Assembly (NCBI GenBank): GCA_019135865.1
Contig: JAGVVD010000052.1
Span: 13,011-77,010 of the forward strand
Origin: Elusimicrobiota bacterium
GTDB taxonomy: Bacteria > Elusimicrobiota > Elusimicrobia > Elusimicrobiales > UBA9959
Direction: 5' to 3'
DNA length: 64,000 nucleotides
The notes under the pieces were generated by a model, which ran no database searches, had not been told where the DNA came from, and worked only from the letters and a program-made list of their open reading frames with translations. This document shows, piece by piece, positions 50,418 through 59,256 of the stretch. The first letter of the stretch is position 1. Each line of letters begins with the position of its first letter. The translations under genes and the position numbers were made by a program.

Positions 50418-51776
50418 ATGGACTGGCGGGAGAGATTATCCTGGATAGACGGCTACGCGGCGGAGATACGGCCGTATTTCCGCGTGCGCCGCGACGACCT
50501 GCTGCTCATAAAGATACCGAACCAGGCCTACAAGGTCAACGCGCAGGGGCTGAAACTGCTCGAGCACGTCTTCGCCGGGCGCAGCGTGCTGGAGATACCG
50601 CCGAAGTTCCCCGACGAGGAGAAGGTCGCCTCCGATATATACGATTTCTTCGGCGGCCTGGTCTCGCTCATGAAGGGCCGTTACAACGAGGCCCTCGGCC
50701 ACGGCGGGATCGAGAAGGTCCCCTTCGTCCTGCCCTACAACAAACTGCCGGTGCTCAGCGAAATAGCGGTCACTTACCGCTGCAACCTGGCCTGCCGTTT
50801 CTGCTACGCCGCCTGCGGCTGCCGCAAGGACCCGTCGGCGGAGGAACTGCCGCCGGCGGACCTGGTCCGCATACTGCGCATCATAGCGCTGGAGGCGCAG
50901 GCCCCGTCGGTCAGCTTCACCGGAGGCGAGCCCTGCCTGCGGCCCGAGCTGCCGGAACTGGTCGCCGAGGCCAAAAAACTCGGCATGTGGACCAACCTGA
51001 TAACCAACGGCACCCTGGTCACGCCGGACCTGGCGCGGCGGCTGAAAGAGGCCGGCCTCGATTCCGCGCAGGTCAGTCTTGAGGCCGGCTCGGCGGACCT
51101 GCACGACCGCATAACCGCGGTGCCGGGCTCTTTTGAAAAATGTACGGCCGGCGCGCGGACCCTGCGCGCGGCCGGCGTGAGGACTCATACCAATACCACC
51201 GTTTCGGCCCTCAACAAGGACTCGCTGGCGCCGCTGCTCGACGCGGTCAAGGCCCTGGGCTCGGACAAGTTCTCGATGAACATGCTGATGCCGGTCGGCT
51301 CGGCCGACGAGAACATGCGGGAGACCTTCATCTCGTATTCGGAGATCGGCGCGGCCGTGAAGGAGGCCGCCCGGCTGGCGGAGGAGAGGGGGCTCGAGTT
51401 CATGTGGTATTCGCCGACGCCGATGTGCGTCTTCAATCCGGTGCCGCTGGGCCTGGGCAATAAGGGCTGCGCCGCCTGCGACGGCCTGCTGAGTTCCGCC
51501 CCCAACGGCGACCTGCTCCCGTGTTCGAGCTATCCCGAGCCGCTGGGGAACCTGCTGCGCTACGAGGGCCGCTTCCGCGAGCTCTGGGACGCGGAGAGGC
51601 CCGCCTGGTTCCGGAGAAAAGGGTTCGCGCACGCCCTTTGCCGCGGCTGTTCCGACCTGCCGGTCTGCAACGGCGGCTGCCCGCTGTACTGGGCCAGGGC
51701 CGGCCGCGCCGAGCTGGAGAAAGCCGCGCCCGCATACATAGAAGGAGGCAGAGATGCCGTTGTTCCCGCCGCCTGA
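50418..51776 (+). CDS. Radical SAM/SPASM peptide or protein maturase with a probable N-terminal RRE (PqqD-like) domain
   Basis: YRCNLACRFCY (CxxxCxxC), SFTGGEPCLR, ITNGTL, QVSLE. SPASM cysteines GCAAC...LLPC...CRGCSDLPVCNGGC. The first ~70 aa have the three-strand plus three-helix pattern with YKVNAQG. Confidence 0.9.
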   Translation: MDWRERLSWIDGYAAEIRPYFRVRRDDLLLIKIPNQAYKVNAQGLKLLEHVFAGRSVLEIPPKFPDEEKVASDIYDFFGGLVSLMKGRYNEALGHGGIEKVPFVLPYNKLPVLSEIAVTYRCNLACRFCYAACGCRKDPSAEELPPADLVRILRIIALEAQAPSVSFTGGEPCLRPELPELVAEAKKLGMWTNLITNGTLVTPDLARRLKEAGLDSAQVSLEAGSADLHDRITAVPGSFEKCTAGARTLRAAGVRTHTNTTVSALNKDSLAPLLDAVKALGSDKFSMNMLMPVGSADENMRETFISYSEIGAAVKEAARLAEERGLEFMWYSPTPMCVFNPVPLGLGNKGCAACDGLLSSAPNGDLLPCSSYPEPLGNLLRYEGRFRELWDAERPAWFRRKGFAHALCRGCSDLPVCNGGCPLYWARAGRAELEKAAPAYIEGGRDAVVPAA

Positions 51777-52779
51777 AAAACAGGGCGAGATAAGGTTCTT
51801 CTTCGCCAAGTCCATGCCTTACCGCCTGAGGATGGCGGTGATAACGGCGGCCCTGCTCTCCGGCCTCGCCGTGCAGCTGCTTTTCTCCTTCTGGACCGGC
51901 CTCGTTCTGCTGGCGCTCGCCTCGCTGCTGGGGATAGTGAACGGCTACGACGCGGTCCCCGACCTGAAGTACGGCGTGGAATGGGCGAGGGTCACTCCGG
52001 ACGAATACCTCAAGGTCAGGGTCAGGGCCGAGGCGCTCAAAAGCTGGGACCGCGACGCCTTCGATTTCAGCAATCCGGCCGGCCTGGCCGTGCTGGCGGC
52101 CGTCGCCGTCGCCGGGCTGGCGGCATACTTCCTGCTCGCCGTAAAGATGGCGCTGCCCGAGGCCTTCTGGGTCTATCCCGCGCTGGACGCGGCGGTGATG
52201 CTGCTGCCTCTCTGGCTCACCGGCGTGCGCGAGTACCTCAAGCGGGACAAGCTGCTCATCAAGATCAAGCAGTTGCAGGAGATGACCCGGCGGCTCGAGG
52301 AGCCCAGCGACGTACAGGTATATCCCATGCTGGGGCTCAGGTCCACGACGAAAGGCGGGAAAGTTCCCGATGACGCCAGGCTGATGGTCAAGCTGGTCGG
52401 CGCGCCGGAGGAGTTCATGGGACTGCAGGTGCAGCTTTCCATAAATTCGGTAAAAGGGACGGATTATCCCTACCTGTACTGCGTGATAATAGCCAAAAAA
52501 GGCTCGGGATTCTTCGACGGCTTCGAACGCCATAAGGCCCCCGAGGACGCGAGCGCGATGAGCGGCCTCTTCAAGCTGATAGGTCTGGCCGGTTACGGGC
52601 CGGTCTACGAACCGTCCCCGTCGGAAGAGGTCGACGTGCTGGTGATACGCCAGCGCGCCGACCGCAACGGCGGCTACAGCACCGACCCCAAACAGGCCTG
52701 GAAAATAGTGTCGTCCGCGCTGGACATGGCGCGAGGGCTTTGCGCGGAGGCCGCGAAGCGCCGCGCCGCCGCGGCCTGA
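51754..52779 (+). CDS. Hypothetical membrane protein (about 4 TMs plus a soluble C-terminal domain)
   Basis: Strong GAAGGAGG SD, overlap with the rSAM gene end, and two TM hairpins. No family recognised. Confidence 0.8.
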   Translation: MPLFPPPEKQGEIRFFFAKSMPYRLRMAVITAALLSGLAVQLLFSFWTGLVLLALASLLGIVNGYDAVPDLKYGVEWARVTPDEYLKVRVRAEALKSWDRDAFDFSNPAGLAVLAAVAVAGLAAYFLLAVKMALPEAFWVYPALDAAVMLLPLWLTGVREYLKRDKLLIKIKQLQEMTRRLEEPSDVQVYPMLGLRSTTKGGKVPDDARLMVKLVGAPEEFMGLQVQLSINSVKGTDYPYLYCVIIAKKGSGFFDGFERHKAPEDASAMSGLFKLIGLAGYGPVYEPSPSEEVDVLVIRQRADRNGGYSTDPKQAWKIVSSALDMARGLCAEAAKRRAAAA

Positions 52780-52874
52780 ACTTCCGCCGCGGCCGGGAGG
52801 GGCCCGCCCGGCTCCCGGGACGATCCTGTATGCGGGGCCCGTATATTTGCTATTTTATACGGAAGTTTGACCGG

Positions 52875-54683
52875 ATGGTAAAACAGGGGACCAGCTTGAG
52901 GACCATCGCCGCAGCAATACTCCTTTCCACGGTTTTAGCCGCTCCCGCGGCTTCCTTCGACCCCTCCGGCTGGGAGACCAGCCGGGATTTCCCGCTCATC
53001 GGCTCGTCGGAAGCGAAGAAAGGCGGCACGCTGCGCTACTACTGGATGTCCTATCCCCCGACGCTGCGCACCGAAGGCCCCAATTCCAACCTGTCCACGC
53101 TCAACGAGGTCCAGGGCCTCATATACGAGTCGCTCGTAGGCCTTCATCCTGAGACCCTGGAGTATATCCCGGGCCTGGCCGATTACTGGAAGATCTCGCA
53201 GGACAAGCGCACTTTCTATTTCCATATAAACCCGAAGGCCCGCTGGGCGGACGGCACCCCGGTCACGGCCGACGACGTGGTGGCCACCTGGGAATTCCGC
53301 GTTCGCAAGGACATAAAGGACCCCTACTCCAACATGATGTGGGACGGCAGTTTCGAGAAGCCCGTCGCCGTCAGCCCTGACGTGGTCTCCGTGCGCACCA
53401 AGAAGGTCCACTGGCGCCTGTTCCTTTATTTCGGGGCCAGCCTGGCCGTATATCCGGCCAGGGAGATGCGCAAGCTGACCGGCGAGAAATACCTGGAGGA
53501 CTACAACTGGAAGCTGCAGATGGGCTCCGGGCCCTATGAGCTGAAGGCGGAGGACATAAAGAAGCAGGAGAGCCTCACGCTGACCCGCCGCAAGGATTAC
53601 TGGGGCTGGGGCGAGCGCCGCAACACCGGCATGTACAATTTCGACAGGATCGCCTGGCAGGTCATACGCGACGAGGAGCTGGCCTGGGAGAAGTTCAAGA
53701 AGGGCGAACTGGATTACTATGTCGTCAGCAAGGCACAGCGCTGGGCCGAAGAGACCGACTTCGACAAGGTGAAGGACGGCTGGATACAGAAGCGCAAGAT
53801 CATGACGGGCGCCCCGCAGGGGGCCCACGGCTTCGTCTTCAATATGCGCAAGCCCCCGTTCAACGACCGCAATGTCCGCAAGGCCTTCGCCTACCTGTTC
53901 AACCGCGAGCGCCTGATAGAGAAGCTTTTCTACGGCCAGTACAATTTCATCGACAGCTATTTCCCGGGCAGCATCTGGGCCAACCCCGACAACCCGAAGA
54001 TCCGCTATAACCCGCGCATGGCGCGGCTGCTGCTGGCCCGCGCCGGCTGGAAGCACCGCAACAAGGACGGCTGGCTGGTCAACGACAAGGGCGAGATCTT
54101 CGAGGTGACATTGGAGTACGGCAGCGCCGGCTGGGACAGGATCTTCAAGGTCATCCAGGAGGATTACCAGAGCGCCGGCATCAAGTTCAACCTGAAGCTG
54201 ATAGACCCGGCCACGCTGATGAAGAAGGTTGGAGAGCGTAATTTCACTCTTCATTTTCAGAGCTGGGGGGCGATACTTTTTCCCAATCCCATAAGCTCCT
54301 GGGGTTCCGAGCTGGCGGACACCAGGGACAACAATAATATGCCCGGCTTCAAGAGCAAGGAAGTGGACCGGCTCTGCGCCGAATACGACCTGGCCACCGA
54401 CAGGAAGACCCAGATAAAACTGGTGCGGAAGATCGACGAGCTTATTTTCAGGACCCATCCCTATGCCCTCGCCTGGGGTTCCAGTTTCAGCCGGGTCATG
54501 TATTACGACAAGTTCGGCCACCCGGAGAAGTATTTCTCCAAGATAGGCGACGCCAGCGACATCACCACGCTGTGGTGGCTGGACCCGGCGAAAGAGAAAG
54601 CGCTGGACGCGGCCATAAGCGGCGGGGGGAAGCTGCCCGTCGGGGAAACGGACCACGACCCCTGGAACGCGCCCCGCAAATAA
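52875..54683 (+). CDS. ABC transporter peptide-binding protein (SBP family 5, YejA-like)
   Basis: AKKGGTL, IYESL, GLADYW, ARWADGTPVTADDV, GSGPY, DYWG, FNMRKPPFNDRNVRKA. Start is 52875 or TTG 52896. Confidence 0.9.
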   Translation: MVKQGTSLRTIAAAILLSTVLAAPAASFDPSGWETSRDFPLIGSSEAKKGGTLRYYWMSYPPTLRTEGPNSNLSTLNEVQGLIYESLVGLHPETLEYIPGLADYWKISQDKRTFYFHINPKARWADGTPVTADDVVATWEFRVRKDIKDPYSNMMWDGSFEKPVAVSPDVVSVRTKKVHWRLFLYFGASLAVYPAREMRKLTGEKYLEDYNWKLQMGSGPYELKAEDIKKQESLTLTRRKDYWGWGERRNTGMYNFDRIAWQVIRDEELAWEKFKKGELDYYVVSKAQRWAEETDFDKVKDGWIQKRKIMTGAPQGAHGFVFNMRKPPFNDRNVRKAFAYLFNRERLIEKLFYGQYNFIDSYFPGSIWANPDNPKIRYNPRMARLLLARAGWKHRNKDGWLVNDKGEIFEVTLEYGSAGWDRIFKVIQEDYQSAGIKFNLKLIDPATLMKKVGERNFTLHFQSWGAILFPNPISSWGSELADTRDNNNMPGFKSKEVDRLCAEYDLATDRKTQIKLVRKIDELIFRTHPYALAWGSSFSRVMYYDKFGHPEKYFSKIGDASDITTLWWLDPAKEKALDAAISGGGKLPVGETDHDPWNAPRK

Positions 54684-54687
54684 CTTT

Positions 54688-55737
54688 ATGCACGGAATGA
54701 CCACTTATTTCATACGCCGGCTCCTGCTGATACCGGTCACTTTCATAGCCATAACCTTCATGGTCTACTCCGTCCTGCGCGTGGTGCCCGGCGGCCCGAT
54801 AGAGCAGGCCCAGCTGCAGATCAAGATGGCCATGATGGGCGAGGGCGGCGGCGGCGCGGCCATGACCGGCGGCGAGGCGGAGCTTCAGATCCCCGAAGAC
54901 GCCATGAAGGAGCTCAAAGCTTACTATCACCTCGACAAGAGCATTCCCGAGGGCTATGCCCGCTGGCTCTGGGGCATAATGCGGCTGGATTTCGGCCGCT
55001 CCTACATACACGGCGACCCGGTGCTCGACGTCATCATCTCCAAGTTCCCCATCTCCGTCTATTTCGGCCTGATCGGCTATTTCGCCTCCTGGATAGTATG
55101 CGTGCCGCTGGGCGTCAGCAAGGCGATAAAGCACAAGACCGGCTATGATACGGCGACGTCGGTGATCGTCTTCATCGGCTATTCCATCCCGGGCTTCGTG
55201 GCCTGCCTGCTGCTGCTTGTGATGTTCGGCGGCGGCAGTTTCTGGGACCTGGTGCCGCTGGGCGGCTTCCGCTCGGAGAACTGGGCCGAGCTTTCCTTCT
55301 TCGGCAAGGTGCTCGACCAGCTGCATCACACGATAGTGCCGATCATCGGCTACCTGATAGGCGGCTTCGCCTCGATGACGATACTGATGAAGAACTCGCT
55401 GCTCGACAACCTCGGGGCGGACTATGTCCGCACGGCCTTCGCCAAGGGGCTCTCCGAGAAGCGCGTCATCTTCGTCCACGCCATGCGCAACTCGCTGATC
55501 CCGCTCACCGTCGGCATCGGCCAGGCCATAGGCGTGCTTTTCGCGGGCTCCTTCCTTATAGAGAAGACCTGCAATATCCCCGGCATGGGCCTGCTGGGCT
55601 ACACTTCTATCATACAGCGCGATTACCCGGTCATACTGGGAATACTGGTGTTCGGCGTGCTGATACGCCTGACCGGCAACATATTCTCCGACGTGATCTG
55701 GGCGCTCATCGATCCGCGGATAAGGTTCGGCAAATGA
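54688..55737 (+). CDS. Peptide ABC transporter permease (YejB/OppB-like)
   Basis: YFIRRLL, VPGGPIEQ, DFGRSY, DYVRTAFAKGLSEK, HAMRNSL, IEK and RDYPV motifs. Confidence 0.92.
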   Translation: MHGMTTYFIRRLLLIPVTFIAITFMVYSVLRVVPGGPIEQAQLQIKMAMMGEGGGGAAMTGGEAELQIPEDAMKELKAYYHLDKSIPEGYARWLWGIMRLDFGRSYIHGDPVLDVIISKFPISVYFGLIGYFASWIVCVPLGVSKAIKHKTGYDTATSVIVFIGYSIPGFVACLLLLVMFGGGSFWDLVPLGGFRSENWAELSFFGKVLDQLHHTIVPIIGYLIGGFASMTILMKNSLLDNLGADYVRTAFAKGLSEKRVIFVHAMRNSLIPLTVGIGQAIGVLFAGSFLIEKTCNIPGMGLLGYTSIIQRDYPVILGILVFGVLIRLTGNIFSDVIWALIDPRIRFGK

Positions 55738-57116
55738 TACTCAAGTTCATAGGCGCCGCCCTCGTATTCTACGCCGGCTACCTGCTGACCCACAGGGCGC
55801 TGCCGGCCCTGGTCGTCCGCGCCGGCAAGGCCCTCGGTTTCGACATGAAGCCGGCCCCCCACTGGCAGAAGCGCGTCAAGCGCTTCAGGACCATGAAGCG
55901 CGGCTATTATTCCTTCCTTATCATAACCACGCTCTTCGTGACCTCCTTCTTCCTCGAGTTCCTGGTCAACGACAAGCCGCTGGTCATCCGCTACGAGGGC
56001 AATATCGCCTTCCCCGCTTTCCGGGACTGGGCGGACAAGTTCCTGTTCTTCGCCGATCTCAGCCGGATAGACGTGCAGAACGAGTTCGGCCAGGTCGGCG
56101 ACGGGCAGGTGGACTACCGCCTTTTCGCCGCCGCGAAAAAGGACCCCGCCGTCTTCGACGGCCAGATCGCCGCGCTGGAGGCGGAGCTCTCCGACATGAA
56201 AGAGCAGCTGGCCGGCTACCGCTCCCGGAAGCTTTCCACCGCCGAAGAGAAGCAGGACTTCGCGGACCTCGGGGAGATACTGCCGGCCATAGAGGCCGAC
56301 ATCTCCCTGCTCCGCGGCGCCAGGGAGTCTTTCGCGGCGGGCAGGGCCTTCATCCTGATGCCGCTCTACCCGTATTCCCCGACCGAGCACCTGCTCGACA
56401 GGACCGGCAGCCCGCCTTACCCGCCCAGCCGCCAGCACATACTCGGCGTGGACGATTCCGCCGCGGACGTCCTGGCGCAGCTGGTCTACGGCTTCCGCAT
56501 CTCGCTGTCCTTCGCCCTGATGGTGTCCTTCACGGGGTATGTCATCGGCATCATAGTCGGCGGCGTCATGGGCTATTTCGGCGGCTGGGTGGACATAGTC
56601 ATACAGCGCTTTATCGAGATCTGGGGATCGATACCGTTCCTGTTCACGATAATGATAATCGCCTCCATTATCCAGCCTACTTTCTGGCTGCTGGCCGGCC
56701 TGCTCATCGTGCTGCAGGCCTGGATAGGCATGACCTATTACATGCGCGGCGAGTTCTACCGCGAGAAGGCCCGCGATTATGTCCACGCGGCCGAGGCGAT
56801 GGGCGCGACCGACTGGTCGGTCATGATGAAGCATATCCTGCCCAACTCGCTGGTCCCCGTGGTCACCTTCGCTCCGTTCTCAATAGTGGCCTTCATAGGG
56901 TCGTTGGTCTCGCTCGATTACCTCGGCTTCGGGCTGCCCGTGGGCACGCCCAGCTGGGGCTCGCTGCTGAACCAGGGCATGCAGTACCTTAAATATTACC
57001 CGAACCTGATCCTTACGCCGTCCATAGCGCTGGCCGTAACGCTGTTCCTGGTGGTGCAGATAGGCGAGGCCGTGCGCGAGGCTTTCGATCCCAAGGTCTT
57101 CTCGAGGTTGCGCTGA
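55734..57116 (+). CDS. Peptide ABC transporter permease (YejE/OppC-like)
   Basis: RFRTMKRGYYS, HILGVDD, QLVYGFRIS, DYVHAAEAMG, KHILPN, LDYLGFG and SWGSLL motifs. Confidence 0.92.
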   Translation: MILKFIGAALVFYAGYLLTHRALPALVVRAGKALGFDMKPAPHWQKRVKRFRTMKRGYYSFLIITTLFVTSFFLEFLVNDKPLVIRYEGNIAFPAFRDWADKFLFFADLSRIDVQNEFGQVGDGQVDYRLFAAAKKDPAVFDGQIAALEAELSDMKEQLAGYRSRKLSTAEEKQDFADLGEILPAIEADISLLRGARESFAAGRAFILMPLYPYSPTEHLLDRTGSPPYPPSRQHILGVDDSAADVLAQLVYGFRISLSFALMVSFTGYVIGIIVGGVMGYFGGWVDIVIQRFIEIWGSIPFLFTIMIIASIIQPTFWLLAGLLIVLQAWIGMTYYMRGEFYREKARDYVHAAEAMGATDWSVMMKHILPNSLVPVVTFAPFSIVAFIGSLVSLDYLGFGLPVGTPSWGSLLNQGMQYLKYYPNLILTPSIALAVTLFLVVQIGEAVREAFDPKVFSRLR

Positions 57117-58120
57117 TGTCCGCCGGAAAGAAAAAGCTGCTCGAAGTAAAGGGCCTCGAGACCGTTTTCCATATCGAGGACAGGACGGCCAAGGCCGTCA
57201 ACGGCGTCGATTTCCATATCAACGAGAACGAAGTGCTGGGACTGGTCGGCGAGAGCGGCTGCGGCAAGTCCGTCACCGCGCTGAGCATCCTGCGCCTCAT
57301 CCCGGACCCGCCCGGCCGCATAACCAAAGGCGAGATCCTCTTCCGCGGCCGGGACCTGCTCAAGCTCTCTTACCCCGAGATGCGCGGGATACGCGGCAAG
57401 GACATCTCGATGATCTTCCAGGAGCCGATGACCTCGCTCAACCCGGTCTTCTCCGTCGGCTGGCAGCTCAAGGAAGCCATCCGCTTCCACCAGGACCTGA
57501 CCGAGAAGCAGGTGGAGGCCCGCGCGGTGGAGATGCTGGGCCTGGTGGGGATCCCGTCCCCCAAGGACCGCCTCAAGGACTACCCGCACCAGTTCTCCGG
57601 CGGCATGCGCCAGCGCGTGATGATAGCCATGGCCCTGGCCTCCGACCCGGCGCTGCTCATCGCCGACGAGCCGACGACCGCGCTGGACGTCACGATACAG
57701 GCGCAGATACTCGACCTCATGCTCGAGGTCAAGAAGAAGACGCGCGACGCGGCCATACTGCTCATCACGCACGACCTCGCCGTCGTCGCCGAGACCTGCC
57801 AGCGCGTGGCCGTCATGTACGGCGGCAGGATACAGGAGATCTCCGGGGTGAAGCCGCTCTTCGACGAGCCGATGCATCCCTACACCATAGGCCTGCTGCG
57901 CTCGCTGCCGGGCTTCAAGAACGAGGGCCTCGAGCGGCTGCCGGTCATCGAGGGCATGGTCCCCGACATTTTCAGCTTCCCGAAGGGCTGCAAGTTCAAT
58001 ACGCGCTGCCCGCGGGTCATGGATATCTGCCGCGAGACCGAGCCGGAGCTGGTGGAAGTCGCCCCGGGCAGGCAGGTGCGCTGCCATCTCTGCAAGGCGC
58101 GCAAGGAGGCCGCATCATGA
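57116..58120 (+). CDS. oppD: Oligopeptide ABC transporter ATPase
   Basis: [45 protein letters not shown] and C-terminal GCKFNTRCP. Confidence 0.9.
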   Translation: MSAGKKKLLEVKGLETVFHIEDRTAKAVNGVDFHINENEVLGLVGESGCGKSVTALSILRLIPDPPGRITKGEILFRGRDLLKLSYPEMRGIRGKDISMIFQEPMTSLNPVFSVGWQLKEAIRFHQDLTEKQVEARAVEMLGLVGIPSPKDRLKDYPHQFSGGMRQRVMIAMALASDPALLIADEPTTALDVTIQAQILDLMLEVKKKTRDAAILLITHDLAVVAETCQRVAVMYGGRIQEISGVKPLFDEPMHPYTIGLLRSLPGFKNEGLERLPVIEGMVPDIFSFPKGCKFNTRCPRVMDICRETEPELVEVAPGRQVRCHLCKARKEAAS

Positions 58121-59118
58121 GCGACAAGCTTCCTCCTTCCAATATCCTGGAGGTCAAGGACCTCAAGGTCCATTACCCGATACACGGCGGGCTTTTCCTC
58201 AAGAAGATAGGCGAGGTCAAGGCCGTGGACGGCGTTTCTTTCGCCATGAAGCCCGGCGAGACGCTGGGGATGGTGGGCGAGAGCGGCTGCGGCAAGACGA
58301 CCGTCGGCAAGGCGCTCATCAGCCTGGCGCCGGTCACCGCCGGTTCGGTGATGTTCCCGGACAAACTGGGGCGGATGACCAATATCGCCAACCTGCCCCG
58401 CGGGGAGATGCGGCCTTTCCGCTCCCGCATGCAGATGGTCTTCCAGGACCCCTATTCCTCGCTCAACCCGCGCATGTCGGTGGAGGCCATAATCGAGGAG
58501 CCGCTCGATATCCACAAGCCGGACATGCGGCGCAAGGAGAAGAAGGAGAAGGTCGCCTGGCTGCTGGAAAAGGTCGGTCTGCGCGCCGCCTACGCCTCGC
58601 GCTACCCGCACGAGTTCTCCGGCGGCCAGCGGCAGCGCATAGGCCTGGCCCGCGCGCTGGCGACCAACCCCGCTTTCATAATAGCCGACGAGCCGGTTTC
58701 CGCGCTGGACGTATCCATCCAGGCCCAGATCATAAACCTTCTGCAGGACCTGCAGGACGAGTTCAAGCTTACCTACCTCTTCGTCGCTCACGACCTGGCT
58801 GTCGTGGAGCATATCAGCGACCGCATCGCCGTCATGTATCTCGGCAACATGGTGGAGCTCGGCACCAGCGACGAGGTCAACAAGAAGCCGATACATCCCT
58901 ACACCAGGGCGCTGCTCTCCGCGGCGCCCCAGCCGAACCCTCATAAGACCCGCGCGGAACGCATCATCCTCAAGGGCGACGTGCCCAGCCCGCTCAACAA
59001 GCCTTCGGGCTGCGGCTTCCGCACGCGCTGCCCCATAGCCAGGCCCGAGTGCGCCCACCGCGTGCCCGAGCTCCAGGAAAAGTCACCCGGCCACTTCGCC
59101 GCCTGCCCCTGGGTCTGA
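58117..59118 (+). CDS. oppF: Oligopeptide ABC transporter ATPase
   Basis: GESGCGKTT, QMVFQDPYSSLNPR, YPHEFSGGQRQR, ADEPVSALDV and GCGFRTRCP motifs. Confidence 0.9.
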   Translation: MSDKLPPSNILEVKDLKVHYPIHGGLFLKKIGEVKAVDGVSFAMKPGETLGMVGESGCGKTTVGKALISLAPVTAGSVMFPDKLGRMTNIANLPRGEMRPFRSRMQMVFQDPYSSLNPRMSVEAIIEEPLDIHKPDMRRKEKKEKVAWLLEKVGLRAAYASRYPHEFSGGQRQRIGLARALATNPAFIIADEPVSALDVSIQAQIINLLQDLQDEFKLTYLFVAHDLAVVEHISDRIAVMYLGNMVELGTSDEVNKKPIHPYTRALLSAAPQPNPHKTRAERIILKGDVPSPLNKPSGCGFRTRCPIARPECAHRVPELQEKSPGHFAACPWV

Positions 59119-59256
59119 TCCCTGTCTTTACATAAACATCGGGTCTGGTAAGTCGGACAAATAAGATCTTCCGCGCAAAAAATATTCCTTTTTCAGGGAT
59201 CCCGGGGGGGACTTGTGACAATAGAACGAACCGAAGGCCGCGCTGGAGGCGGGGGA

